The notes beneath the pieces were generated by a model that was not told the DNA's origin, did not search any database, and saw only the letters and a program-made list of their open reading frames with translations. Shown here in pieces: positions 1 through 12,905 of a stretch of 64,000 nt of DNA; the stretch's first letter is position 1, and each line of letters opens with the position of its first letter. The stretch is from Phallusia mammillata (Eukaryota), in assembly GCA_965637545.1 (NCBI GenBank), contig OZ281500.1, positions 22,010,001 to 22,074,000 on the forward strand, in the 5' to 3' direction. The position numbers and the translations under genes were made by a program.

Positions 1-118
1 TCATAAATAACCATCCTTTGGGCCAAAAGGGCCTGGAAAATACCTTTGAACTAAGTTAAGGATGAAAAATTACAATAAACAAGTGTTTCTGAAATTTTAG
101 GTTGTTAATTGTTTAACC

Positions 119-334
119 CAGTGGTTCTCAAACTCGGTTTTCGGGGCTGCATGCGGCACCCAACTACTTATTTTGCGGCTCGCACCAGACCTCATAAAAC
201 CACCAAACATTGCTATTTTAGCTTTCAAAGTCATCTTCTTTAGTGATTTTATCAAGGTTTCGTTTTTTTGCGGCTCCCTGCACACTTAAAAAATACCATT
301 TGGCTCCGACAATAAAAAAGTTTGAGAACCACTG
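119..334. mobile_element. hAT-type MITE
   Basis: TIRs CAGTGGTTCTCAAAC / GTTTGAGAACCACTG; perfect 8-bp TSD GTTTAACC (111-118, 335-342); an empty paralogous site lies at ~590-685. Confidence 0.9.
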
Positions 335-1576
335 GTTTAACCACTGCAGTTGAATTACCAACCAAATTTATCCATTTTTTAAACCTAGTATATATATGTT
401 TTGTAACAACAATAGTTTTTTTAAACAAATTTGTTGTAATGCTAAACGTTTTTTAAGAACTTTTTTCTGACGTTTCTCCCACCAGAATGTAGGGCTTCTT
501 CGGAGCAATGAAGTGAAATAGTTGTAAGCATAAAGAAAAACGGTTGAAACGTCAGCAAAATTACAAATTATACCTTTGAACCAATTTAAGGATGAAAGAT
601 TACAGTAAACAAGTGTTTCTTTCATTTTTAGGTTGTAAATCGTTTAACAACTGCAGTTGAATTACCAACCGAATTTATCCATTTGTATATTTCCAATTGT
701 ATTTCAACTTGTGAGACAATCAAGGACAAGTATATGCAGGTAAAAAGATACATTTTAACCCTTGTTTTTTATGACAAAACTTTATTAAATTTAATTTTCA
801 GCTTGGGTTTACAATCTACAGATATAAATTTTTTTGATGTTATTTACCATTGTCATTGTTAGGTGATTTTGAAATAATCAGGAAATCAACCTAAATATTC
901 TTTACAATTGCCAGTAGAGCTCTATAAAGTTGGTATCATGCCTGGCAGCAACAGCTTATATATGAAATATTCTTTATAACTTTAGTTTTTTTTAAAAAAA
1001 ACAGGACAGTTAAATTTAACCCCAATTTTTTGAGCTAATTATTGCATTTTACCAGAATATGCAATAAACTGAATTATTTTCCGAATATGGTGTTCAGTTG
1101 AAAAGTAGTATGCAATAAAATGGAATTTGCTTTTAATCGAATTGTGATTAACCAGAATCGCCTTTACTCCAGTTTGTACAACCACTGCCTTATATTTATT
1201 TTTACCTAGTACCATAACTTAGTACTGTACCTCTAATTACATTGTGTGTCCATTGGTAATGCTAGTTCTAGTTTCCTAAACTTGCAACGTGTATAAATTG
1301 TTACAGAATCGCCTTGTTCGTCTGGTTTGCGTATTCCTGCAGTCTCTCATTCGAAACAACATCATCAACGTTAAAGAATTGTTTATCGAAGTCCAGGCTT
1401 TCTGTATTGAATTCAGTCGTATTCGTGAGGCTGCTGGGTTGTTTCGTTTGCTAAAACAACTGGACAGTGGCGAGGGAGAGGCCAGCAGACGATGAAAAAG
1501 CTTCTTTCTGTTCCTAAACTTCATGTTTATCAAATAAAACCGCGGTCGTTTGTTGTCTTAAATTCTACTTAACTCT

Positions 1577-1660
1577 AGTTTGGTTGTGGCTCGAGTGTTG
1601 TGTACTGAGGGTAAGTATTTGCCTGTGCCTTCATCAGGTCCTTGGTTCAAGTCCCACTCA
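1577..1660 (+). mobile_element. Possible tRNA-derived SINE head
   Basis: A-box-like TGGCTCGAGTG at 1587 and B-box-like GGTTCAAGTCC at 1644; no complete cloverleaf. Confidence 0.3.
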
Positions 1661-2716
1661 GTTTCTTATCTGTTTCTGATCAAACTTTGAAAGCGTTAAC
1701 CTTATCTGGCGGAAACTAGTTGGCCCGATAATACTGCACCCTCCTACCCCTTGTTCACGACCAATCGTCTATGTGTTCGTTGTCTTGGTTTTTCCTGAGG
1801 GTCCAATGTACAGCCCTGTCACTCAAGCTTTCGGGCCTAAACCGGCTTCTCAAAATTTCGGTTTCGGGCTCCAGTTTCAGGCCCGTTTACAACTCTGATC
1901 AGCGCCGATAACCGGTGCAATATGTGGTATCCGTACTCGTCCGATACTTCGGCGGTGTCGGACCAAATACCGATAGCTTAATGAACGATTAAACGTGCTT
2001 TAGCCTGCAGTTTTTGCCATAACCTTTTGCGAAAATGCACTTTACAAAGACTGTTTACCCGGTCGCCAGTGTATTACAATTGTTCGTCTCTGAAAACGCA
2101 TGAAACGTGCTGATAGAACGATTTGCCGAATCACATTTTTAATATGTGATCACTAAAGTATCGGGTATCAGATCGCAATACTTTGTGTTAAAAATATCGG
2201 CTTCTGGTATCGGTTTGAAAACTGGGTATCTCGCCATTCTTAGTGAACACCAACAGGGTGAACAACGTCAAATCATCAAAATTGTCTTTATTATACAGAG
2301 GGCAGCTCCGCAAACACAAAATCTCTTTAATACAGTAGGCTAAGTATTTACAGACAAATAAAAATAATTGCCCAAAAAGTTCAGTTTCCGCTGGAGTCAT
2401 ATAGGCCTAATTCAGGCGATAGTCAAGATCCACAATGCTAAAGATGGGTAACAATGGCAGAGTCAACCCCAACCTGACTGTCTTTTAACTTGTTGCAAAC
2501 GCGTGTCATGTAAAATAAAAATGCATGTAAAACAAGAAAAAAATCCCTTGACAACCCGCCACCGGTGATATCTTAAATCAGCCCAATTGAGCGGGAAAAC
2601 CGCAACCATGTCAACACGGCGTGTCTTTTTTGACTTACAAATTGAGTAGGCTACTTCATAAATTGCATTATCAATCTTGCGCACAAGCAAACGTTGTGAT
2701 TAATCTGGTTTCTTAC

Positions 2717-5337
2717 CATCGGAACAATCAGCTTCGTTTTCGATAAGGTTTAACCCTGTTTCTTTATTCTCTATGCTGTCAGCGTTGTGCTCAATAGTTG
2801 TAGCCGGTTCGTGTACTTTCAAAGTATTTGATTCCGTTTCTACTGAGACACATGTACCGTATTCAGTGTGGACAGCAAATTCCAGGTTGGTAACCTTATT
2901 TTGTTTCGTTGCGGCGATCGGTTCGATACATATGTGAATAACGGGTTCGCTGTCTTTAAGGAATTCTTGCTTCTTGTTTTCTACACTGATATATGGTTTG
3001 TTGCCTGTGACAAAATCTATGAGAAAATCTCTGGAAAAGTCTGGTGTGCTCTCTGTGCTGGTACCAGGTTTATTCTCGGGGTCATTGTTACCCGCTTCGT
3101 ATTCTGTGAGAAAATCTATCAGGAAATCTATGGTAAAAACTTGTATGTTTTCTTCACTGGTACGTGGTTCCTGTTTTGTGCGGGTACCCGGTTTGTTGTC
3201 TAAGAGCAAAACTTGCTTGTTTTCTGAGCTGGTACCCGGTTCATTCTCTGTGTCATTGGTACCCGGTTCGTTCTCTGTGTCAATGGTACCCGGTTCGTTC
3301 TCTGTGACAATGGTACCCGGTTCGTTCTCTGTGTCAATGGTACCTGGTTCATTTTCTGTGTCATTTGTACCCGGTTCGTTCCCTGTGTCAATGGTACCCG
3401 GTTCGTTCTCTGTGTCAATGGTACCCGGTTCGTTCTCTGTGTCAATGGTACCCGATTCGTTCTCTGTGTCAATGGTACCCGGTTCGTTCCCTGTGTCAAT
3501 GGTACCCGGTTCGTTCTCTGTCAGAAAATCTTGACTATTGTTTTCTGTGTTGGTACCGGGTTTGTTGTCTGTGTCAGCATTATCCAGTTTGTTGTCTGTC
3601 AGAAAAACTTGTTTGTTTTCTGCACTTGTACAAGGTTCGATTCCTATGTTGGCACCCGAAATTATTTTATTTGAACTGCGTTTCAGTTCGTTTTCCGAAT
3701 CTGTGCACATTTTGTTCCCAATACCCACATCGAGTGTGTTTTTAGGAACCAGTTCATTGCGCTTTGGTTCCAATAATAAAAGGGTTTCTTTCTTATCGGC
3801 ATTATCAGCTTCTGTCTCGCTGCTTCCTCCAAATAGCAAGCGGAAACTACTTGTCATGCTTGGCGCTCCATAGGAAAAAGGGGCGTTTCCACCAAAGCTT
3901 GTCGTTCTTTTAGCTGCAGAAAAGTCACAGTTACAAAAAATGAAAACATTTAAATAATGTGTCTAAGTGTGTTTTGATATCTTAACCTGTAACGAATAGC
4001 ATTGTGACTGTGTTAGTTGTTGGGTTTTGCAGATCTAGAGCTGCTTTACAAAAAAATCAAGAAATTAGAAAAACTTCCAAATGTAAATCCTAAAGATCTC
4101 GCGGATAAATTGCTGGAATCATTGTTGGGTCTGCTGATTATGGATCTGTTAATACATTTTTTTATTGTTTTCATGCAGTGTTAATTTGTCAGATAAATGT
4201 GTTGTCAATAACCACCACGTCTGTCATCAAGAAAATCGTTAAAAATACTACCCTACACTGTGATACATGTAACCTTGTTATGGGGTTACCAGACGTCCGA
4301 AATTTCCAGGACATGTTCGGAATTAGAGCGCAAAATCTGTGTCTGGAAATATTTTTTTAAAACGTTTGTAATTTCCGGAATTTTATATTTTAACAACAAG
4401 TAGCTTACCTACAATAGTTTTCACAATTCTTTTTATGTGGGATAAAACGTGTACATTATAGCGGCTGTCCGTTTTATTTTGATGTACGATGCACGTACCG
4501 CGTATTCAAGCGACTTCGCGTCTCAACAGCTGACAATACTCTAAAAGGACCTGACCGGATCTTGTAACATTTTTCGTTTTGTATCTTATTTAGAAACAAA
4601 ACTGCACTTTTTCCTCTGTGATAGTAATAATATTTATGAAAAATAGCACTTTTTTGATTGGTAACGTGTAACACATGCCTTATAATGCATTGTAACGAAA
4701 CTTTGGTGTCGCCAATAATCGTTATTGAAACCGTCCGGAATTTTGCCTATGCAGGTATGGTAACCCTAGGGCCTATTGAAGGTGCCATACCGAAACAGCC
4801 GGTCACCAAGCATTCACCATATGGCAAGGCGTGGCCGACAGAAATCTAGCCTACGCTGGGATTCTTACCCACGACAAATCGTTTTGCAAGTTTCACAGGG
4901 AAAGGATCCAGATAACAGAAACTTTACAGCTATTTTGAACAGCTGTTCACTTACCTATTTGCAGTAAGAAGGCTTTCGAATGCGTGTGGCCGTGTATATC
5001 CACGTCTGCTCCTCATTTTTATCGAGTATCCATCGTTGGTGGTTGTAAACTGGCGAGAAGGCCAGTACGTAACCATATCCACTTCAACATTTTTCACCTT
5101 TCCCATCTTTTCAAGCACTCGAAACATGTACAGCCTTCTGTTGTCGATGCTGTAATATTTTCCATCGCGTATTGCTACGTCCATTCGGGGTATTTGGTCA
5201 GCAGACGTTTTGCCAGCTAATATATCGTCTATTGTTTCATTTACACTCTTACCCCTTCGAAACTTCCAGTTAATGCTGTCTTGCATAAATCTTATTTCTG
5301 ATGGAGCTAAACTTTTTTTCGAGTTAAAATCAAACAT
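2717..5337 (-). CDS. PB1: ParB/Srx-fold toxin-like domain + FG-containing/acidic TENEPG-repeat tail (partial spliced model)
   Basis: Exon 1 5337-4955 (YSIDNRRL; phase-2 donor AG|GTAAGT); phase-2 acceptor at 4145 (SIISRPNNDSSNLSARSLGFTFGSF, donor unresolved); large exon 3913-2717 in frame with ORF 2700..3857 (phase 1/1); terminal exon not found. Confidence 0.7.
3200..3520. repeat. 30-bp coding minisatellite (TENEPGTIDT-type decapeptide)
   Basis: About 10 tandem units of GGTACCCGGTTCGTTCTCTGTGTCAAT-type sequence; translation visible in ORF 2700..3857. Confidence 0.9.
4770..4885 (-). mobile_element. Degenerate copy of the tRNA-headed SINE-like element, in PB1 intron 1
   Basis: Shares CCAAGCATTC..CCATATGGCAAGGC..AAATCTAGCC..ACCCACGACA with 48240-48402 and 21560-21690. 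Confidence 0.55.
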
Positions 5338-5465
5338 GTTTGTGGTCTGATAACTGATGCTACGTTATGCCAATGTGATTTCCTTCATGAACGAACCAAG
5401 CCTTCCTAGGCCCGTTCAAACTCTCCACCCCGTATAAGCAACACATCGGCGGAACAGTAAACAAT

Positions 5466-5476
5466 GGGAAAGTCCC
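5466..5476. promoter_or_regulatory. kappaB-type site upstream of PB1
   Basis: GGGAAAGTCCC, ~130 bp upstream of ATG 5337. Confidence 0.55.
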
Positions 5477-5975
5477 GACAGCGAAACTTTACAGCAATCT
5501 CGCCATCCTGAGTAAAACCAACAGAGTGAACGACATCAAAATTGTCGTTATTATACTGAGGGCAGCTGAAGGCGTAAAATAACAATTACTTCAACAAAAG
5601 AAGCACAGAATCTCTTTAATACAGCAAGTATTTACAGACAAATAAAAATAATTGCCAAAAAAGTTCAGTTTCCGCTGGAGTCCATCGTTTTAAGCTTTTT
5701 CAGTTGTGGCTCATCTGCAAAAAAGGCATATAATTCAGGCGATAGTCAAGGTCCTCAATGCTAAAGATGGGTAACAATTGCAGAGTATTACTATGCTGGT
5801 AGCTTAACTCTCTTAAAAACGATATTTACTTTTTGTGCTAATTAATGTGCAGGCGTAGCCTAGTAACTGTAGGTAAAACGCTTAGTTCCATAGCACCTAT
5901 TTCCACGACATTTGCCATTGTATAAGCATGTTAGCAAACCAAAGAGCCAATATTGTTGAATTCTTCCAAAGCAAG

Positions 5976-8900
5976 TTACATATTTCGCCATCTGGGTACA
6001 ACAGTTAGATCATCAGCTTCTTGTTCAAAGAACAAACCTTCGATTTCAATGTTGTCCTCCAGTTGTCTTTCTCTCATGTACATCTCCCATAGACATGACA
6101 GTTGTCTTTGATTCTCTCCGAGGACACTTTTCAATGCAGCCAAGTCGTCATTTGCTTCATCTAAAAAGGTTTATAGGCTGAGATCGAAATAAATTGAAAA
6201 CAAGTCCGACTTCATTGTGTTGTACCAGTTTACAACGGTGCAAGCATTTTCAAGTGCATGTAAACTATACAAAATGCCATCTTGACCACCTACTCCCGAA
6301 ACCGCAACCCTTCAACAGTGAGATCTCAAACCAGCCCAATTGGTGCGGAAAAACCGCCATCTTGCCAACACTGTATGTAACACTATTTACGTGCACACTT
6401 AAACGGAGCGTGTGATATTGCGGTTAGGCTATCATGATAAGTCTATTTGACTTCTGTGCTGGCACACGGTTTGTAGAACCAAAAGGTGTTGTAAAGAGGC
6501 TTTTTTGACTTTTACAAAACGCGTAATTCATAAACTGTATTATCAATCTCGCTAACATGCGATCGGTATAAGCCAATATCTTACCATCGGAACGATCCGC
6601 TTTGTTTTCGATAGTGTTTGGCCTGGTCTCTTCCTTCTTTGGCCTTCTAGTTTCTGGCCTATTTGTTGTAGCCGGTTCGTTTACTTTATAAGTTGTCGGT
6701 TCCGTTTCTGCCGTGGCCTCTATATCGTTTCCAATGTGGACAGCAAATTCCAGGTTGGATACGATATTTTGTCTCGTTTCGGCAATCGGTTCGCTGTTGG
6801 TATCCGGTTCCTTCTCTGTGAGGAAATCCTGCTTGCTTTGTGAACTAGTACCGGGTTCGCTCTCTGTAGTACTGGTACCCGTTTCGTTCTCTGAAATACT
6901 GGTACCCGTTTCGTTCTCTGTGTCCCTGGTATCCGGTTCGTTCTCTGTAATACTGGTACCCGCTTCGTTCTCTGAAATACTGGTACCCGTTTCGTTCTCT
7001 GTGTGACTGATATCCACTTCGTTCTCTGTAATACTGGTACCCGGTTCGTTTTCTGTGTCAGTGGTACCCGGTTCGTTCTCTGTAATACTGGTACCCGGTT
7101 CGTTCTCTGTGTCAGTGGTACCCGGTTCGTTCTCCGTAATACTGGTACGTGGTTCGTTCTCTGTGTCAGTGGTACCCGGTTCGTTCTCTGTAATACTGGT
7201 ACCCGGTTCGTTCTCTGTGTCAGTGGCACCCGATTCGTTCTCAGTATTACTGTTACCCGGTTCGTTCTCTGTGTCAGTGGTACCCGGTTCGTTCTCCGTA
7301 ATACTGGTACGCGGTTCGTTCTCTGTGTCAGTGGTACCCGGTTCGTTCTCTGTAATACTGGTACGCGGTTCGTTCTCTGTGTCAATGGTATCCGGTTTGC
7401 TCTGTGCCAGGAAAACTTTCTTGCTTTCTGCACTTGTACCCGTGTAGTTTTCTGTGTTACCACCTGTAATGGTCAGAGCAATATTATTCGAACTATTTTT
7501 TGGTTCGATTTTCGTGTCAGTGCACATTTTATTGTCAATAACTACATCCAGTTTGTTTTGGGGATCCGGTTCTATGCGCTTCGATTCCAAAAACGAAAAG
7601 ATTCCTTTCTTATCATTAACATCAGTTTGGGTCATGCTGCTTCCTCCAAATGAAAAGCTGGCGGGATAAGCATCCTTAATGCTGGGAAATTTGAAGCCAC
7701 TTTCAGTGCTTTTTGGGAATAGATCATTTCCTAGTTTGCTGGCTGCTCCAAGGGAAAATGGGGTTTTGCCACCAACGCTTGTCGATTGTTCAGCTGCAAA
7801 AAAACAATTATTAACAAATCTGAAGGTATTTGCAAAAGTGGTAAATCCAATTATGTTCATGTTTTATTGTTTTATTGCTAGAGTTGTATTAATCCCAAAC
7901 GAGAAAAACATCAGTGGCCTTAAAATTAGGTTTAGTTTTCATTACCTTTTGAGAATGGGGAACTTCCAAACTGAAATACTGAAGATTTTGCACTTAAACT
8001 GTCGGAATCTTTCTTGGCTTTGTCAATAACTACATCCAGTTTGTTTTGGGGATCCGGTTCTATGCGCTTCGATTCCAAAAACGAAAAGATTCCTTTCTTA
8101 TCTTTATCATCAGTTTTTGCCTTGCTGCTTCCTCCAAATGAAAAGCTGGCCGGATAAGCATCCTTAATGCTGGGAAATTTGAAGCCACTTTCAGTGCTTT
8201 TTGGGAATAGATCACTTCCTAGTTTGCTGGCTGCGCCAAAGGAAAATACGGGTTTGTCACCAACGCTTGTCGATTGTTCAGCTGCAAAAAACAATTATTA
8301 ACAAATCTGGGTATTTGCAAAAGTAGTAAATCCAATTTTGACAGCGTCAGTTTTGTGTTTAATTGAGCTAGAGTTGTATTAATCCCTAACGACAAAAACA
8401 TCAGTGGTGTTAAAATTAGGTTTAGTTTTCATTACCTTTTGAGAATGGAACTTCCAAACGAAATACTTGAGCTTTTGCACTAAAACTGTCGGAATCTTTG
8501 TTGGCTCCGTTGTTTACCCATCTGTCAATACATAACGAATTTTTCATACTCTCCCAATAAAGTATTATCGTTTTTAGCCTAATTCCTCTCGCTGACAATT
8601 TATGGCTTTCTCTCTTTTTTTGCTCTGCAGGCTTGTCTGCGTTTTTCAGTGTTGGGCAAAACGTCAGCAAAAAATTGCAAGTTCTTCAAACCAACGCGTG
8701 TTTTTGTGGATTTACTTTTACTTTATCAACTCGTTTGTGGCATAAGACTGTATGTATACACGCAGCTTTTTTAATGATCACATTACTAGTGTGCTTACCC
8801 CGGTGGAGGTCTAAGATTCTCGAAGGTATGGTCACGTGCGTAGCCACCTCTTCTCATATGCACAGAATATCCATCGTTAGTAGTTGTAAACTTTTTATCA

Positions 8901-9166
8901 TCCCAGCGCCACCACCCGCTTAACAACTTGACTTTTACCCTTCTAATTTTTCCTAACTTTTGCAGGCACCGATACATGTACAACCTCCTGTTGTCCAGGC
9001 TGTAGTACTTTCCATCGCGCTGCACTACTCTCATTTCGTTAAACCGACGATCGTACGAACCTGTGGCCATTTGGTCTATCACATCGTTAATTGAACGGCC
9101 ACCGTAAAACTTCGAATGAATATCTTTTTGAGTGAATCTTATTTCTGACGGAGCCAGCTGTATCAT
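5976..9166 (-). CDS. PB2: ParB/Srx-fold domain + FxFG region + acidic TENEPG repeats + helical terminal exon (~727 aa)
   Basis: Exons 9166-8799, 8521-8436, 8281-7946, 7793-6585, 6160-5976; all GT-AG, phases 2,1,1,1 consistent, no internal stop; total 2184 nt. Confidence 0.75.
6850..7390. repeat. 30-bp coding minisatellite (TENEPGTTDT/TENEPGTSIT alternating)
   Basis: Visible tandem units; translation in ORF 6424..7860. Confidence 0.9.
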
Positions 9167-9235
9167 CTTCCTGCCTTACAAAGCGTCTTTGAAACTGACT
9201 TTAGTTTGTATGCTACATCGGCTTTGGGCCCGATC

Positions 9236-9246
9236 GGGGAATACCC
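9236..9246. promoter_or_regulatory. kappaB-type site upstream of PB2
   Basis: GGGGAATACCC, 70 bp upstream of ATG 9166. Confidence 0.5.
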
Positions 9247-10022
9247 GACGAGCGGACCAGAGTTTCCTATCCGTTTTGGTTCGGTTAAGGTTAATTTTGT
9301 TTCACGCTTTGTTGATGATGTGCCTTGTGGTCGTGTTTTAAAAGCTATGAAACGTGGATGAACCTTCACGCAAGGCCGACACACTATAAATTAAACCGTA
9401 TTTTATTACTATTCGTATTTGCAGAAAGAAAACTTTTCTTTTAAATACATTTGTTTTGGCGAGTTTATGGGGTTTATTAGATTTAAGTTTTTATGTCCAG
9501 GTTATGTCCACGCCTTTTTTGATGTACGTCTGTTGCATCAACTTTTTGATGACTTATCACAACTGTTTCAACGCCAAAAGCAGTGTATTCGTGGGCTGCT
9601 GGGTATTAGTTTGCTAAAAAAACGGACAGTGGCAAAGGAAGGCATGTCGGGTTTATAAAATTAGCCAGATTTAAGTATCCTTCCTGTCCTCACAAGGTGG
9701 TGGGTTAAAAACCCTTCTTGTCTTTTTGTCAAACCTTTTTCAAAGGAAGTGGTAAAGATCCTCACACAATTAAAGGTTTTAATCTGTTCTGAAGGCTTAT
9801 TTCGGGAGGAAATGGCCCAAGCGAGTGCTAAATGACGGAACAGCTGACATTCTAGTTTGTTTTAATTTCGCTCCTGTATCCATTTAGACATTTTGTTATT
9901 TATGGTACAAACTATAGAGATCAAATCAGTCCTTAAATGGTACCACGTTTGTCACTACATGGTGCACCATAGATACTCAGCTATAACACTGAGCTTTTAG
10001 ACTTAACAAGATAGCTCTATCA

Positions 10023-10442
10023 CAGCGGTTCCCAAACTGGGGTCCGCGGTCCTTTAGGGGTCCGTGAGGCAATTCTGGGGGGACCGCGAAGCGGTTGAAG
10101 TAATTTTATGATCTTATTTGGCATCAGTTTGTGCCACTAAATAAGTTTAAATCAAAGTAGAATTGAGAATCAACTGTCTCCATTGCTTAACAATAGCCTT
10201 TATTGAATGACAACTATCAAAAATGTAATTGTTCGCGCACAATTGTAGTGCATTTGTCTTGTCTGTGATGTCACAAGCTGTGTTTGGATGACTTTTATGC
10301 GCAATTTTGCATAACTAGCTAAAATCCTGAAATCAACTTTCGTTTTTATGAAATACATATTTAGGCTTAAGGACCGCGAGCCCTCAAAATGAAGGCAAAG
10401 GGACCGTTTTGAAAAAAATATGAAAAAGTTTGGGAACCGCTG
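10023..10442. mobile_element. hAT (Charlie-like) MITE
   Basis: TIRs CAGCGGTTCCCAAAC / GTTTGGGAACCGCTG; perfect 8-bp TSD CTCTATCA (10015-10022, 10443-10450). Confidence 0.92.
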
Positions 10443-10825
10443 CTCTATCAGAACCTTTGTATAATTTGAGTTCTAATTTATTGTCTGATATCCTCCAATA
10501 AAATTTCATTATTTCAGTTGCCACAGAAGATGTTTAACATAATTTAAAAAACTATTAGGTCTTTTAAATTCCTTGGTGATAAGACGCCACAACTATACTC
10601 TAAGTTAAAAAACGCGTTGATTGTAACAATCTGTTCTACACGCACAATGTCAATCTAGCACAAGCACACAATCAGTCAAATGTAACTATTGGTGGACTAT
10701 TTGCACTTTTTTCGTTTCATCGATGGTGATTTGCCTGGAATTAAAAATCGTATTTAGGCTATGTGAGCTTGGATTCGTTACCCAAGATTTAAGATCAATT
10801 TGTACATATTTTTGTTCATTTACAA

Positions 10826-12003
10826 TTAAGACGTGCGAGTAACACCAAACGTACGTTGTTTGTCTCTCTTTTTTGTTCTCCCGTCCAGAGTTTCAGCTTC
10901 TTTGCCAATGGCGTCTTCCGAATCTGCGTCCGGACTGTTTTCACTCATTACATTTTCGAAATCGAGACTTAATCCAGTCTTAGCGGACCTGTTGATGCAC
11001 AGTAATATCTTACGTCAGCTACTGTTTTTTTAAATGCCCCACTGTCCAATATAACGATGTAAATGGAAATCGTTGTTGGTCAAAATATATGATAATAATT
11101 AATTAATGTCTATGCGTTTTTGCACCGAAAAGTTTTATTTAATTTGTTATTGGTTGCATGTATCAATATCACTGTAATAAACCATTAGGTTTGTAGCTTA
11201 CTCTAGAGGACGAGTGTGGTTCTCGAGTGTTTCACATACATAACCATTACTTTTCTTCGCTTGCGATGGACCTGCAACTATAGAACAGAAATAGCGGGAT
11301 TTTGACTTAAAGGTTGGTACGCCATTTCACGGTTATAACAAGTTATACAATTAAATAAACACCTTGTCTGCCTTCCGATCTAAGATTGTAGCCCCCTTGT
11401 ATCTTTGCCGTCAGCCGATCCTCACACTCAATAGCATTTTCATCGACATTTACATTGTCAGACCCTGGACGACCCCTCCCAGTTCTTAAACTCGGTCTAT
11501 TGTTGTTCGTCTTTCTTTTAGTTCTAGCCAATAAAACAGTAAATCGTTGTAAAGGTAAACAAGTAACGTCGTCACAAAATCGCAACTTACCCATGCAGAG
11601 GATTAAGGTTGTCGAAAGTGTGGTCATGCGTTTCTGTACCATCTACAAATTCTACAGAAACCCCATCGTTTTTTGTCGTAAATTTATTCTTATCCCAATC
11701 CTTAATCATCTCGACTTCTATTGTTTCAATTTTGCTCATCTTTTGCAGGCACCGATACATGTAGAGTCTCCTATTGCCCCAACTGTAGAACTCTCCTTCC
11801 CTATTGGTTACTTCCATTGGGTCGAAGTTTGTCTTGCACGAACGTTTGGCCATTTGCCCTACTGCCTCGTGAACGTTAAGACCATTATAAAACTTTGCAG
11901 AAATAGTCTTTTGAGTAAATCGGATTTCTGACGGGTATTTTTTTCTCATTTTTCTCCCTCGACTCTTTTTATCTGAATGATCCACTTTGGTCCTCCGAGG
12001 CAT
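10826..12003 (-). CDS. PB3: basic N-terminus + ParB/Srx-fold domain (YSWGNRRL) + basic/acidic tail with GGYNLRS motif (~268 aa)
   Basis: Exons 12003-11591, 11523-11363, 11271-11202, 10988-10826; phases 2,1,2 all frame-consistent; total 807 nt. Confidence 0.75.
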
Positions 12004-12725
12004 CTTTTCCAGTCGCACAGCCTAAAAGTTGGGACTGACACTGACTTCAAATTGTACTCTTCGTCAGCTTTATTAACCGCCTACCTGACGTCAAGTTCCT
12101 AGGGGAGATTGCCATTGTTCCTAGGGGAGATTGCGAGTACCTGACGTCAAGTTCCTAGGGGAGATTGCCATTGTTACAGGCTTTGTTAAAGAAACGACTT
12201 GTTGATATTGTAACTTCAGGAAGTTGCGCGCCTGACGCTGGCGTTACACTAGAACTGATCTCATTTCCTGAAACGCGTGGATGTATTGAACACGAATAGG
12301 TAGTAATCAATACTGCGACGGCCACTGAAGACACAATTAAGGAAACCAATAAGACTGCACCAAGTTCATTCACCATGAAGCATGTTTAAATTCAAACGGT
12401 TTTCTGTAAAGGTAATACAGAATAAGTGGCATACTCAATTACTTTCACGCCTAACGAAACGATTACCAAAGTTTTGGGCCTTCAGGGTTAACAGACAACC
12501 AAACGTACGGTATCGGCAGGTGATTCTACACAAATAATATTCATCTGTTCCAGTATACAGCAACTGGTACAGTTTTAATATGCAATAAAAACGCGGCTCA
12601 CGCGGTGATGTCAAGGTATGAGCAGTTACACAGCGGCCAACCTTCGTGATGACAGCTGTGAATAACCATTCTTGAATCTGACCCTACGGTAGTTATAAAT
12701 AAGCTATTGCTGCCAGGCATAGCAG

Positions 12726-12807
12726 CAAGTTTATAGAGCTCTTCTGGCAAATGTAATTTGATTGGCCAGATTTGCCTTACATTTGCCAGAAGAGCTCTAT
12801 AAACTTG
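12726..12807. repeat. Perfect 31-bp inverted repeat with 20-bp spacer
   Basis: 12726-12756 CAAGTTTATAGAGCTCTTCTGGCAAATGTAA is the reverse complement of 12777-12807. Confidence 0.9.
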
Positions 12808-12840
12808 ATACAGTAATATAGTGTGGTGTTTTGCGTCAAA

Positions 12841-12905
12841 GGCAGACCGCCAGAAAATTTGGCAGAAATATCATTTTGAGTGAACCGGATTTGTGACGGA
12901 TACAT
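12841..12905 (-). pseudogene. psi-A: truncated 5' fragment of a PB3-like exon 1
   Basis: ATG 12905 reads MYPSQIRFTQNDISAKFSGGL, then homology is lost; upstream sequence resembles the PB3 leader. Confidence 0.8.

Noticed and set aside
1301-1450. Possible phase-0 terminal exon ([28 protein letters not shown]) for PB1
   Set aside because: PB1's last donor is phase 1 and no bridging exon was found; the paralogous stretch at ~9.55-9.65 kb is frame-broken.
12155-12376. 73-aa ORF with a hydrophobic N-terminus (possible TM or signal peptide)
   Set aside because: No in-frame acceptor links it to PB4 or psi-A, no paralogue in the window, and its end falls in a micro-duplication.
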